Part shown: in pieces, positions 9,054-19,019 of the stretch
Layout of the letters: every line of letters begins with the position of its first letter
Position numbering within the stretch: position 1 is the first letter of the stretch
NCBI GenBank assembly: GCA_002305195.1
Contig: DBQK01000008.1
Coordinates: 98,688 to 162,687, forward strand
DNA length: 64,000 nt
Source of the DNA: Patescibacteria group bacterium UBA1396
GTDB taxonomy: Bacteria > Patescibacteriota > Microgenomatia > UBA1400 > UBA1396
Direction: 5' to 3'
Translations under genes and position numbers: made by a program
Notes under the pieces: generated by a model
The model's database searches: none
What the model was told of the DNA's origin: nothing
Seen by the model: only the letters and a program-made list of their open reading frames with translations

Positions 9054-10721
9054 ATGCTGACCAATTCACTGGCCACCAAAACTCAGTCATCGACACTTAA
9101 GAAAAAAATATCTTCACAACCCAAAAAATTTAGTTGGTCGAGAGTTTGGCACATTTGCCAAACTTGGGCTAATCAACATGAGTGGCTATTTTTATTGTGG
9201 TTATTAGTAATTATCTTGAGACTACCAAGTTTATCTGAGCCTTATTGGTATGGTGATGAAGCAATATATTTAACGATCGGCAACGCCTTAAAATTTGGGC
9301 AACGACTGTACTTAGAAATTGTGGACCATAAAACACCGCTAATCTATTACTTTGCTTCTGTCCCCAACCAATTATGGTTTCGATTATTAATGTCAGTCTG
9401 GATGTTGGCTAGTTCTTACCTTTTTTGGCGATTGGCAAATAAACTATTTCCCAGTTTAAAGGTAGCTCTATTTAGTTCAGTTTTATTTGTTTTTCTGAGC
9501 AATGTTTCATTTATGGAAGGCAATGTTCCCAATGGCGAACTGTTCGTGATTGGTTTTGTCTTAGCAGGCTTGTATTTCTTAAGCAAAACTACTTTTTTTA
9601 ATAACTGGTTACAAGCAGAAAGCCGTTCACTAACTTCCAAAGACTTATGGTTATCTTTTGTAGCGGGATTAATGTTTGGTGGTGGCGTGATGACCAAAGT
9701 GCCAGGCATATTTGACGCAATTGCCGGAGCAAGCATATTTGCATGGTTAAGTCTGCCAGGGCTTTGGTTGTTAATCAGCCCGAGGAGTTTTCGTACACCA
9801 CCACTGAAACAAACTATTTTGGGAGGCTTAATTTTTGTTGCTGGTCTTCTGTCGCCACTGATTCTATTTACTATTTATTATTGGTTTAGAGGTAGCCTGT
9901 CGGCATTCTTAGAATTTGGTCTGCTTTACAATTTTCATTACACCAGCAACTGGACTGTACCAATCGACAATATTTGGCTAGGCACACAATTTGAGCTACT
10001 TAATAAAGGTTTATGGTTAGTGTTTGGTTTACTACTGACAACCTATCTAAGTTTTATACGCTCGGCGGACAGAAAATTAATCTGGCTGTCTTGGTGGAGC
10101 TGGTTGGCTTTATTTGCTGCCTTATTGTCTAATCGCCCTTATCCGCATTACTTCTTGCAGTTAGTGCCACCATTGTCTCTGTTGGCGGCCGCCTGGTTGT
10201 TTACTAAGTCACACTGGTACTCCAAGCTTGTGGCATCCTTGCCAATTTTATTTTCGGCGGCCGCCTTAATTCTGCTGCAGTTTAAACTTTACCCTTTTGT
10301 TGATTACTATCACCAATATCTAAAGTTGGTTACGGGACAGATTTCCCAGACAGAGTATCATCAGCAATTTAATTCTCTGGTTGGTCAAAATGAGGTTATG
10401 GCTCAAACAATCATAGATAACTCATTTTCCAACGATCGATTATTTGTTTGGGGAACCAACCCAATGTTGTATGCACTGACAAAAAGAGTGCCGGCTAGTA
10501 AGTTTACGGTTGCCTTTCATATTCACGACTTGTATGCCTATCAAAATGTATTACAAGAAGTTAAGCTAGCAAAACCATCACATATAGTCGTTATGAAAAA
10601 TGAAACTAGTTGGCCTGATCTCAACGAATATCTTGGCGAGCACTATTTGAGATCGGTTGAAACTGAAGATATGATTCTCTATCGACGCAGTACTTTAACC
10701 AGCTTGATGTTGATACAATAG
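9054..10721 (+). CDS. GT-C fold integral-membrane glycosyltransferase (PMT/ArnT-like, GT39/GT83-type)
   Basis: Multi-TM N-domain with 'YWYGDEAIY' loop motif typical of polyprenyl-phosphate-sugar dependent GT-C enzymes; C-terminal soluble domain. Confidence 0.55.
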   Translation: MLTNSLATKTQSSTLKKKISSQPKKFSWSRVWHICQTWANQHEWLFLLWLLVIILRLPSLSEPYWYGDEAIYLTIGNALKFGQRLYLEIVDHKTPLIYYFASVPNQLWFRLLMSVWMLASSYLFWRLANKLFPSLKVALFSSVLFVFLSNVSFMEGNVPNGELFVIGFVLAGLYFLSKTTFFNNWLQAESRSLTSKDLWLSFVAGLMFGGGVMTKVPGIFDAIAGASIFAWLSLPGLWLLISPRSFRTPPLKQTILGGLIFVAGLLSPLILFTIYYWFRGSLSAFLEFGLLYNFHYTSNWTVPIDNIWLGTQFELLNKGLWLVFGLLLTTYLSFIRSADRKLIWLSWWSWLALFAALLSNRPYPHYFLQLVPPLSLLAAAWLFTKSHWYSKLVASLPILFSAAALILLQFKLYPFVDYYHQYLKLVTGQISQTEYHQQFNSLVGQNEVMAQTIIDNSFSNDRLFVWGTNPMLYALTKRVPASKFTVAFHIHDLYAYQNVLQEVKLAKPSHIVVMKNETSWPDLNEYLGEHYLRSVETEDMILYRRSTLTSLMLIQ

Positions 10722-10725
10722 CATT

Positions 10726-11073
10726 ATGCGCTGGCAATACTCGATTCACTCCCAAAATAAAAAGTTTCTTTTTATTTTCTTTGCTTTGCTTACTGTTAGC
10801 TTATTATTGAGTGCAATTCTGTATCTTTTTGGTCCACCGCTAATTCCTCTCTGGTATTCGTTGCCTTCTCCGGCCGAACAACTAGCTCCAAAAGTTTACT
10901 TCTGGGTTTTTCCTATTCTTAGTGTTCTGGTTGCTATCTTGGCAATTTGGCAAGGAAGAAAAAGTAATTTAGAGCACAGTTTTTATTTATCCAGATTAGC
11001 TTTTGTTAGCGGTCTGGTTTTGTTGATATTACTACTAATTGCTCAGATAAGAATAATGAAAGTGATTTTGTAA
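10726..11073 (+). CDS. small integral membrane protein
   Basis: 115 aa, three hydrophobic segments. Confidence 0.4.
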   Translation: MRWQYSIHSQNKKFLFIFFALLTVSLLLSAILYLFGPPLIPLWYSLPSPAEQLAPKVYFWVFPILSVLVAILAIWQGRKSNLEHSFYLSRLAFVSGLVLLILLLIAQIRIMKVIL

Positions 11074-11126
11074 TCTATCTGATTATTAAAATTAAATAGA
11101 ATTAAGATCAATTAGATATATTTAAT

Positions 11127-12215
11127 ATGCAACTTAATTGGGTTATTACGTGGGTTATTAGTGGCGCGGCCGCGGCCGCGGCCGCGCCACTAATAATCTC
11201 CCTCTATCAACGTCTTGGTTGGGTGGACGATCCAGCTAAACAAAAACACCCCAAGGTCGTCCATACCTATCCAGTTCCAAGAGGCGGTGGGTTGGTGGTC
11301 TCGACCGGAATTATTGCGGGCGTTGTTTTACTTAATCACTACGATCCTTCACTGAACGGCATCTTGCTGGGTGCCTTACTACTACTGATTAGTGGAACCT
11401 TGGATGATGCCTACAATTTGAGTCCGTACTTACGAATAGTGATCAATATTTTAGCCGCTGTTTGTGTAGTACTAAGCGGGATTGGGATTGACTATATCAC
11501 TAACCCTTTAGGTGAAGGCGTAATTTTCTTGAATCAGTGGCCAATTTCATTGCTGTTATTTAATCATCCTTTATCTTTTTCTTTGCCTGCCGATTTATTA
11601 GCCATTGCCTGGATAGTTTGGAATATGAACGCCGTTAACTGGGCTAAAGGTGTCGACGGCCAACTACCAGGATTTGTTAGCTTGTCGGCAATTTTTATTG
11701 CCTTGTTAGCTCTCCGTTTCATCGGCGATACTAGTCAGGTTACCGTGATTAATTTAGCCTTAAGTGTTAGCGGCGCTTATGCCGGTCTACTACTTTGGAA
11801 CAAATATCCGCAAAAAATGATGCCTGGCTATGCGGCCGGTTCGCTGGGAGGCTATTTTTTGTCGGTTTTGGCGATACTATCCGGAGCCAAGATAGCCACA
11901 GTTTTACTTTTACTGGCTATTCCCACAGCTGATGGAATTTTTACTTTGGTCAGGCGATTGGCCAAAGGCCAATCGCCTGTCTGGGGCGACCGAGCTCACC
12001 TTCATCATCGAATGCTCGACGCCGGTTGGGGGAAACGACGAATTGCTTTTTTTTATTGGGTAACAACTGCCTTGTTTGGTATTATCGCCTTACAGCTGGA
12101 TTCTAGGGCTAAACTCTATGCTATGATGGCTGCAGCAATTGTATTTACGGCAATGATTATATGGTTCAAACGCTCTATTACCTCCTCAAAACCGCCCGTC
12201 CTAGACAATGGATAA
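11127..12215 (+). CDS. MraY/WecA-family polyprenyl-phosphate N-acetylhexosamine-1-phosphate transferase (GT4 family of phosphotransferases)
   Basis: 'NMNAVNWAKGVDGQLPG' matches the NxxNxxDGxDGL motif; multi-TM. Confidence 0.7.
   Translation: MQLNWVITWVISGAAAAAAAPLIISLYQRLGWVDDPAKQKHPKVVHTYPVPRGGGLVVSTGIIAGVVLLNHYDPSLNGILLGALLLLISGTLDDAYNLSPYLRIVINILAAVCVVLSGIGIDYITNPLGEGVIFLNQWPISLLLFNHPLSFSLPADLLAIAWIVWNMNAVNWAKGVDGQLPGFVSLSAIFIALLALRFIGDTSQVTVINLALSVSGAYAGLLLWNKYPQKMMPGYAAGSLGGYFLSVLAILSGAKIATVLLLLAIPTADGIFTLVRRLAKGQSPVWGDRAHLHHRMLDAGWGKRRIAFFYWVTTALFGIIALQLDSRAKLYAMMAAAIVFTAMIIWFKRSITSSKPPVLDNG
11161..11190. repeat. perfect 30-bp GC-only palindrome (gtggcgcggccgcggccgcggccgcgccac) inside CDS, encodes poly-Ala
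   Basis: sequence equals its own reverse complement; 3x GCGGCCGC. Confidence 0.9.
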
Positions 12216-13120
12216 AAAACCTGGCAGTTTACGCCGCTTTGGTTTTTTCCGGTCTATTTTTCTTTGATTTTCCTAATTATCTATTGCAAGTAACCACAAC
12301 TTTTTTTCTTTTTTGTATTTTGTCGTCATCTCTTTACATTCTTAATGATATTGTCGATCGAAAATCAGACAAACAGCATCCGTTTAAGAAAAAAAGACCT
12401 CTCGCTTCCGGTGATCTTTCAGTGCGTACCGCTCTATTAGCTGCTTCCTCCGGAATAATTTTATCGTTAATAATATCTTTGTCTTTGTCACCGTTTTTAT
12501 TTCTAATAACTGGAAGTTATTTACTTCTTCAGCTGGCATATAACATGGTCCTGAAAAGCATTCCTATTTTAGATGTTTTAGCGATAGCTGCAGGGTTTAT
12601 GCTACGAGTTTATGCCGGTGCAATTACAGTTAACCTCCATATGAATGTTTGGTTTTTATTAACAGTAATCTCGGCATCCCTCTTTATCGCAGTGAGTAAA
12701 CGCCAAAGCGAGCGAACCTTATTAACCGGTATGGAAAATCGAGTTGGTTTTGCCACTAGAAAAACTTTAGAAAAATACAGCCAACGTTTATTAGATATTT
12801 ATACTGGGATGTTTGCTAATGCCACCTGGCTTACCTATGCCCTCTTTGCTTTTCAACTTGACAGCTCTGTAACAGCAGGCAACATTCCCACCCTTCTCGC
12901 TTACGTTCCCAGAGCTTTTGTGGCTCAAAAGTGGCTAATGTTAACCGTGCCACTCGTAATTTACATTGTGATGCGTTATTTGCAGCTGGTTTATGAAAAT
13001 AATCAAGGAGAATCACCAGAAAGAGTGTTACTGCAAGACAAACCTCTATTAGCCGCAGCCATTGTCTGGGGGACTATGGTGATGACGATTCTATACTTTC
13101 TGGAGATGATCGCAGTCTAG
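12161..13120 (+). CDS. UbiA-family prenyl-phosphate phosphoribosyltransferase (decaprenyl-phosphate 5-phosphoribosyltransferase/DPPR-synthase-like)
   Basis: N-terminal 'LKTARPRQWIKNLAVYAALVFSG' closely resembles the DPPR synthase (Rv3806c-type) signature 'RPRQWVKN'; UbiA Asp-rich 'NDIVDR'. Confidence 0.65.
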   Translation: MVQTLYYLLKTARPRQWIKNLAVYAALVFSGLFFFDFPNYLLQVTTTFFLFCILSSSLYILNDIVDRKSDKQHPFKKKRPLASGDLSVRTALLAASSGIILSLIISLSLSPFLFLITGSYLLLQLAYNMVLKSIPILDVLAIAAGFMLRVYAGAITVNLHMNVWFLLTVISASLFIAVSKRQSERTLLTGMENRVGFATRKTLEKYSQRLLDIYTGMFANATWLTYALFAFQLDSSVTAGNIPTLLAYVPRAFVAQKWLMLTVPLVIYIVMRYLQLVYENNQGESPERVLLQDKPLLAAAIVWGTMVMTILYFLEMIAV

Positions 13121-14359
13121 TCGATTAAAAAACTTTCTTATCAACCAAATCCCAAAAACAATAAGCGCTCCAATCCAAGTTGTAGCTCTCATCTGCCAAA
13201 TCACCTGATCGGTGTATTCTAAATTATTGGCCAGCCAAGGCCAATATCTTAGTAAAGAGCTAATCATCAATCCTAGCAAAATCGCCCGTAAGCTTGACCA
13301 TTTAACAAATGGCCAAAAAGCTAGCGGCCAAATTAAATACCAAGGGTGAAACCACTGCGATCGAGCCGTAAATAAGGGTAAGATCATTAGTAATGCCGCA
13401 AAATCTCCCCAGTGATTCATCAAAAAATCATTTGTTTTTCCCAGCCACTCAATTTGCCGATACTTATTAACTACAGGCTGTAAAAACATAAACAGCACAA
13501 TTGGAGCTAAAAGAATTGTACTGAGTTTAACATTCCAGGAAAATGTCCACAGCAGAACCGCCACCAACCCATATCGCCAATTAAACTTTGATCTGAGTTG
13601 TAATAATAGAATTGATAATAACGCCGGCCACATCATCCAAAAATCATTATGACCATTAAGCACAACCTCTAATACAAACAATGGATTAGAAGCTAAAAAC
13701 CACCACTTAGCTGAATTATTATTTTGAGAAAGGCGATTAAACCACCACCAAATTATCAATAGATAAATTGCGAATCCAAAAACTGACCACATCTTCATTA
13801 ACAAAAAAGCAAGCGAAAAAATGCCAGCACTTAGACCGAGAGGCAATAGCGAAACAGCCGTCCAGCCGTAGCCGTAAGGCGCTGGGGTGTGAATATTGTG
13901 CATAAACCTTACCCAGGGATCGCTGGCAAACTCCATTGCCGTAATTTGATGTGGATTTGTCTGATAAAACAGAACCATTTTGGCGTTAAATAGATAATTA
14001 AATATATCGTGAGACAAGGCATTGTATCCGAGCCATAAAGGCACCATTATAATTAACCACCATTTAATAATCTGCCAAGACGATCGGCTGGTTATTTTGG
14101 GTAAAACAGATTGATAGTTGGTTTTGCTCAACTGAAACCAGGCAATCAACCAACTTGCTATGAGCACAATATAAATTGTTGTTAATAACTCTGGTTGATT
14201 CCGCCAACTCTGCCACCAATGTTGCCAGCGCCAGGCAAAATCAAGAGGTAAAAACACTAAATTATAATCGATATAAATCTGCGACCAAAAAAAAGTAAGA
14301 ATCGATAAAAAAAAGAGAATTGCTAACCAATTGACCGATAAAATCTTGATGCTACGCAT
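13091..14359 (-). CDS. polytopic membrane protein, Trp-rich (GT-C/DUF2029-like glycosyltransferase candidate)
   Basis: 422 aa, >10 TM segments; adjacent to GT2 polyprenyl-phosphate glycosyltransferase. Confidence 0.4.
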   Translation of the reverse strand: MRSIKILSVNWLAILFFLSILTFFWSQIYIDYNLVFLPLDFAWRWQHWWQSWRNQPELLTTIYIVLIASWLIAWFQLSKTNYQSVLPKITSRSSWQIIKWWLIIMVPLWLGYNALSHDIFNYLFNAKMVLFYQTNPHQITAMEFASDPWVRFMHNIHTPAPYGYGWTAVSLLPLGLSAGIFSLAFLLMKMWSVFGFAIYLLIIWWWFNRLSQNNNSAKWWFLASNPLFVLEVVLNGHNDFWMMWPALLSILLLQLRSKFNWRYGLVAVLLWTFSWNVKLSTILLAPIVLFMFLQPVVNKYRQIEWLGKTNDFLMNHWGDFAALLMILPLFTARSQWFHPWYLIWPLAFWPFVKWSSLRAILLGLMISSLLRYWPWLANNLEYTDQVIWQMRATTWIGALIVFGIWLIRKFFNRLDCDHLQKV

Positions 14360-15107
14360 GGTATCGCCCTAGCCAGTCAGCAAGTCGTATTTTAACAATA
14401 TCCAAAAACATCCTGATAGAATCTTTGACTGGGTTGACTCGATCACTTTCATTGTGCTCCCACAAGACAGGCACTTCAGCAATATGATAGCCAAGTTTTT
14501 TAGCTAAAAAGAGCAATTCAACGTCAAAGGCGCCGGTAAAAGCATCTTGCCTCTCTTTATTGACATAAATCACTAGCCTGGGAAAAAGATCTTCGGTGGC
14601 CTGAGCACTAAAAAGTTTGAAACCACATTGGGTATCATGAATACCGGCGATTGCCACGGTTTGAACCACGAAATTAAAGCCCTTTCCCATAATGTGTCTA
14701 TACCAAGGCTCTTTATCACGTTTGGCTCCTTGTAAGGCTCTCGAGCCAATAACAATATCGGCACCATCCTCAACAAATGGCCACATTTTTTCGATCTCTG
14801 ATATAGGCGTAGATTGGTCAAAATCTGTAAAAAGTCGATATTGGCCTGTGGCTGCTAGCATCCCGGCCGCCACGGTTGGCCCTTTGCCTCGGTGAGAATT
14901 TAATTGAGTTTTCACCTGAGGGTGATTTTGAGCAAATTTAATTAATTCCTCTTTGGTTCCATCGGTAGAACCATCATCGGTCAAAATGATTTCAAAACTA
15001 TAATCCTGTTTTTTGAGATAATCTAACACTGAATTCAGTACACCTCGTCGTAGATTTTTAATTTCATTATAGGAAGGGATCACTACCGAAAGAAAAACAT
15101 TTGGCAT
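14352..15107 (-). CDS. GT2 family glycosyltransferase (dolichyl/polyprenyl-phosphate mannose/glucose synthase-like)
   Basis: 'VVIPSYNE', 'DDGSTDGT', 'DFDQST' (DXD) motifs. Confidence 0.7.
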   Translation of the reverse strand: MPNVFLSVVIPSYNEIKNLRRGVLNSVLDYLKKQDYSFEIILTDDGSTDGTKEELIKFAQNHPQVKTQLNSHRGKGPTVAAGMLAATGQYRLFTDFDQSTPISEIEKMWPFVEDGADIVIGSRALQGAKRDKEPWYRHIMGKGFNFVVQTVAIAGIHDTQCGFKLFSAQATEDLFPRLVIYVNKERQDAFTGAFDVELLFLAKKLGYHIAEVPVLWEHNESDRVNPVKDSIRMFLDIVKIRLADWLGRYHA

Positions 15108-15152
15108 AAACTATTTTATTCTAATACGCCTGCTTGTGGGTGTCACTGGGAA

Positions 15153-16742
15153 TTATGGCTGCTTAGCTATCAGATAAATCAGTGGCCCACCAGGATAGTC
15201 GACTATTTTATACTCTCCCTTAGGGAAGGAACTAATCTCGTAAACAGGTGAATTAATCACTTTGTCTGCTTCCCGAGGGTTTTCGGCAATAATCACCAGC
15301 CAGTCTGCATCAGAAACATTTTCTTGAGCCACCGGCGGATGACTTGAGTTAATCAAAAAGTATCGATAATTTAACCCGCGATAGTCTTTAATTTCGGTTA
15401 AGGCTGCCAGTGAGTAGGATTGTTCTGTTGGAATTTCTCTTAGAACTGTCTGTGCCACGGCTTCCATTTTTGAAATCGGCCAACCTAAAGTATCTAGATA
15501 TTCTAGCTGCTTTGGCTGCACCTGCAGCCAACTAATGTAAATTAGTAAGCTACTTGCTAGAAGAAGTCCAGGAAGTTTCAGGTAGGTGCGAAGCCAAACC
15601 AGTATTGCACCGGTTACTAAATAAGAAATCGGGAAAAAATACGTCAAGTAATGATGGTGAACGGTTGATCTATACCAAGCCAAACCTGAAATAGTAGTCA
15701 GACAAGCAAGTAGTAATAGCCAAAAGCCGAATTGATAATGATGTTTTTTGGACCAGTGCCAACCTAAAAATGCTGTTCCAGCATAAACGCATAGTAAAGC
15801 CGTATTTAGTGATCGATATAAACTTCCCCATTCTTGTCCCCAAATCTCAAAGAAAATATGCATTGCCCGACCATGGTGTTCTTTAACAAAGGCTATTAGA
15901 CGCTCACTTATTAGAAAATTTTCACTGCCAGTGGCAGTGGTACCTGCAAAAAAATCAGTAAAGCCTTTAGCAATCACTCCATTAAATCGTAAGTTAAAGA
16001 GAACTAGCGGCAAAAAAGACAGCAAAATTATGGCTAACCCACTTAAACTAGAAATTAAAAGAGATCGAGCACGATTTGTCTGACCGATTTTAACAACTCG
16101 ATAAGAACGAACAAAATCTGCTAATAATAGGATGCCAAATGGAGCAGCGATTAACATCGCCACGTAATGCAGTTGAATCATTACTGCCCAACCTAAAGCA
16201 ACTCCAATCCACCATTTGGGCGAACCGTGCCAAGCTTTCCAACCTGCATAAAGCATCCCTAAAGTTACTATGGGGGCCGGATTGGGATTCCAACTAAATC
16301 TGGTGTAGAGATTAACATAAGGAGCGAAAGCATATAACAAAGTAGCTAGGGTGGCGGCGGTTGGTCCGACCAACCGCCGCCCAACCATAAACAATAAAGG
16401 TACGGTTATAACACCAATAATCGCTACCGCATAAGCTGGACCCAGCGGACTACCGCTGGCTAACCACAAAAATGGCGCCATAAAATAGTAATAAATTGGA
16501 CCTAGGTACATTTCACCAACACTTGTAGACGGTCCAACTAGAGTAAAATCGCCGTGTAAAATTCCATGAGCAATTATCGCATCACGACCTTGATCGGCAA
16601 GAAACTGAAGACTGTTTGGTAAGTTAAACAAACGATAAGCGGCACCAAATAAAGTAGCTATACAAACAGCTAAGTACTGCCAACGCTGAGAGTTAGAAAG
16701 CCTCACCCACCATTGTCGATACACCGTTAGCCAGTTTCTCAT
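15153..16742 (-). CDS. GT-C fold membrane glycosyltransferase (ArnT/PMT-like)
   Basis: 529 aa polytopic membrane protein with C-terminal soluble domain; paired with GT2 donor-synthase genes. Confidence 0.5.
   Translation of the reverse strand: MRNWLTVYRQWWVRLSNSQRWQYLAVCIATLFGAAYRLFNLPNSLQFLADQGRDAIIAHGILHGDFTLVGPSTSVGEMYLGPIYYYFMAPFLWLASGSPLGPAYAVAIIGVITVPLLFMVGRRLVGPTAATLATLLYAFAPYVNLYTRFSWNPNPAPIVTLGMLYAGWKAWHGSPKWWIGVALGWAVMIQLHYVAMLIAAPFGILLLADFVRSYRVVKIGQTNRARSLLISSLSGLAIILLSFLPLVLFNLRFNGVIAKGFTDFFAGTTATGSENFLISERLIAFVKEHHGRAMHIFFEIWGQEWGSLYRSLNTALLCVYAGTAFLGWHWSKKHHYQFGFWLLLLACLTTISGLAWYRSTVHHHYLTYFFPISYLVTGAILVWLRTYLKLPGLLLASSLLIYISWLQVQPKQLEYLDTLGWPISKMEAVAQTVLREIPTEQSYSLAALTEIKDYRGLNYRYFLINSSHPPVAQENVSDADWLVIIAENPREADKVINSPVYEISSFPKGEYKIVDYPGGPLIYLIAKQP
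16353..16381. repeat. 29-bp GC-rich palindrome (ggcggcggttggtc-c-gaccaaccgccgcc) inside GT-C CDS
   Basis: 14-bp perfect arms around single-nt centre. Confidence 0.85.
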
Positions 16743-16745
16743 ATC

Positions 16746-17987
16746 TTACTTATTTTTTCGCCAGATTAATCGACTATAAATTGTAAAGTTCCAAACCATC
16801 CCCAGTAAAACACCGATTATCAGATATAAATTATCACTGGTTATATCAATGCTCCAGACTTTAAGTAGGGTGAAAACACCAAAAGTCAGCACTGAGATCT
16901 GCATCGTTAAATATTGAATCACCACCGATCCTAATGAGCCAAAATTAAATTGCAAAAACTTCTTTGCGTGATTAATAAAACCAAAAATTTGCCGGTCCTT
17001 AAATGTCCAGATATTATTCCAGAGATAATTTGACAAAATTGCCACCTCTGCCGATAAAGCGACCGCCAAACCTTCATCTGATAATAAATTGCTAAACCAA
17101 CCATTCTGACCAGCAAGTTTTAACCAAGAGCTTAAACTTGTCCATAAGCTAAGCCAACGAAATAGGTGGTAAAAAGTTAAATTAACCACAAACCCGATGC
17201 CGCCAACAATGGCAAACTTAGTGATTCGATGATTAAACAGTTCTTTAAGGCGCACTCCCACAATGTAGAGTAGTGTGTTAATTATATATTCTGGTCCCAA
17301 TTTGGACACACCAACCGTTCGATCAACAAAGTGAAAAGGCACTTCAACTACTTTGTAACCTGCTCGAAGTGATTTGTGTAAAAACCCTATCTGAAAAGTG
17401 TAGCCTGAGAAACGCTCGCTTAATAACTCCGGGTGAATTTTGTCATAAACTTCCTTGCGGATAGCACGATAACCGGTTGTCCAATCTCTGACTGCGGTCG
17501 AACCCAGAATAACTGAGGCAGTCAAGTTACCCACCACACTTAAAAATTTACGGTAAAACCCCCAATTGGCTGGAATCGAACCACCTTTTATATAGCGTGA
17601 TCCTAGAACAAGATCGGCACCAGCATCAATAGCTCGCAAAAATGAGGCAAGTATTTTTGGATCGTGAGACAGATCGGCGTCCATTTCAAACACTACCTGC
17701 GCCCCCATTTGGTTAAAAGCTTTATTCATTCCGGCTAAATAAGCACCGCCTAAACCCATTTTCTTTTTGTTAACCAACAACTCGACAAAAGAGTATTTTT
17801 TTTGCAGCTGTTTAATTTCCTCAGCTGTCCCGTCTGGTGATGAATCATCAACAAATAATAATTTGATATCCCAATCAGAAATATTTTTAATGACCTTGGC
17901 AACAATTGGCACTAATTTCTTTACATTAGGACGCTCGTTATAAGTGGGCGAAATAATGACAGCTAATTTTTGCTTACTGGCAGCCAT
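16746..17987 (-). CDS. GT2 polyprenyl-phosphate glycosyltransferase fused to C-terminal GtrA-like membrane domain
   Basis: N-term 'VIISPTYNE...VDDSSPDGT...EMDADLSH'; C-term 4 TM GtrA-like. Confidence 0.7.
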   Translation of the reverse strand: MAASKQKLAVIISPTYNERPNVKKLVPIVAKVIKNISDWDIKLLFVDDSSPDGTAEEIKQLQKKYSFVELLVNKKKMGLGGAYLAGMNKAFNQMGAQVVFEMDADLSHDPKILASFLRAIDAGADLVLGSRYIKGGSIPANWGFYRKFLSVVGNLTASVILGSTAVRDWTTGYRAIRKEVYDKIHPELLSERFSGYTFQIGFLHKSLRAGYKVVEVPFHFVDRTVGVSKLGPEYIINTLLYIVGVRLKELFNHRITKFAIVGGIGFVVNLTFYHLFRWLSLWTSLSSWLKLAGQNGWFSNLLSDEGLAVALSAEVAILSNYLWNNIWTFKDRQIFGFINHAKKFLQFNFGSLGSVVIQYLTMQISVLTFGVFTLLKVWSIDITSDNLYLIIGVLLGMVWNFTIYSRLIWRKNK

Positions 17988-18005
17988 AATCTCCTCTTAT
18001 CTAAC

Positions 18006-18980
18006 TTATTTATTTTTACTTTGCTCGGCTAAATCAGCTTCAACCATCATCTTGACCAATTCATCGAAAGATGTCTTCGGCTCCCAGCCGAGTTTTTTCT
18101 TGGCTTTGCTGGCATCACCAATAAGCAAATCTACTTCAGCCGGTCGCATGTATTGTGGATCTACCTCAACCACTTTCTGCCAGTTGTCAATACCAGCAAC
18201 CTCACATGCCTTAACTAAAAAGTCTTTAACCGAGTGTGTTTGGCCAGTGGCAATCACAAAATCCTCGGGCTTATCTTGTTGCAGCATCAACCACATAGCT
18301 TCTACATAATCACCGGCAAAACCCCAATCTCGTTTAGAATCGAGATTACCTAGGTAGACCTTATCTTGCAGGCCTAATTTTACTCTGGCAATACCGTGTG
18401 AAATCTTCCGAGTCACAAACTCTAAACCTCTTCGAGGTGACTCATGATTAAATAGTAAACCAGAGACGGCAAAAATATTAAATGACTCCCGATAATTAAC
18501 GGTTATCCAATGCCCATAAACTTTTGCAACACCATAAGGAGATCGTGGATAAAAAGGAGTTTTTTCATTCTGAGGTACTTCTTGCACTTTACCAAACATT
18601 TCAGATGATGAAGCCTGATAGAACTTAGTTTCGGGACAGGCTAATTTGACTGCTTCTAACATTCTGGTAACACCGATGGCGGTAAACTCGCCAGTTAAAA
18701 CTGGCTGTTCCCAACTGGTTTGTACAAAGGACTGAGCGGCTAAATTGTAAACTTCGTCAGGTTTAATATCTCTGAGTGCCTGAGTTAATGAGTGCTGATC
18801 AATTAAGTCGCCAGAAACAAGATGTAAATTAGGGTTATCAATTATATGATCAATACGATTAAAATTTTGGGTACTGGTGCGCCTAGTTAAACCGTGGACT
18901 TCATACCCTTTGTCAAGTAAAAATTCGGCTAAATAGGAACCATCTTGACCGGTTATACCAGTAATAAACGCTTTCTTCAT
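18006..18980 (-). CDS. gmd: GDP-mannose 4,6-dehydratase
   Basis: '[29 protein letters not shown]' and full-length similarity pattern of Gmd (SDR, YxxxK). Confidence 0.85.
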   Translation of the reverse strand: MKKAFITGITGQDGSYLAEFLLDKGYEVHGLTRRTSTQNFNRIDHIIDNPNLHLVSGDLIDQHSLTQALRDIKPDEVYNLAAQSFVQTSWEQPVLTGEFTAIGVTRMLEAVKLACPETKFYQASSSEMFGKVQEVPQNEKTPFYPRSPYGVAKVYGHWITVNYRESFNIFAVSGLLFNHESPRRGLEFVTRKISHGIARVKLGLQDKVYLGNLDSKRDWGFAGDYVEAMWLMLQQDKPEDFVIATGQTHSVKDFLVKACEVAGIDNWQKVVEVDPQYMRPAEVDLLIGDASKAKKKLGWEPKTSFDELVKMMVEADLAEQSKNK

Positions 18981-19019
18981 ATTTTTTTCTCCTTAATTTT
19001 TCAAGTCATTTTTGATTAA

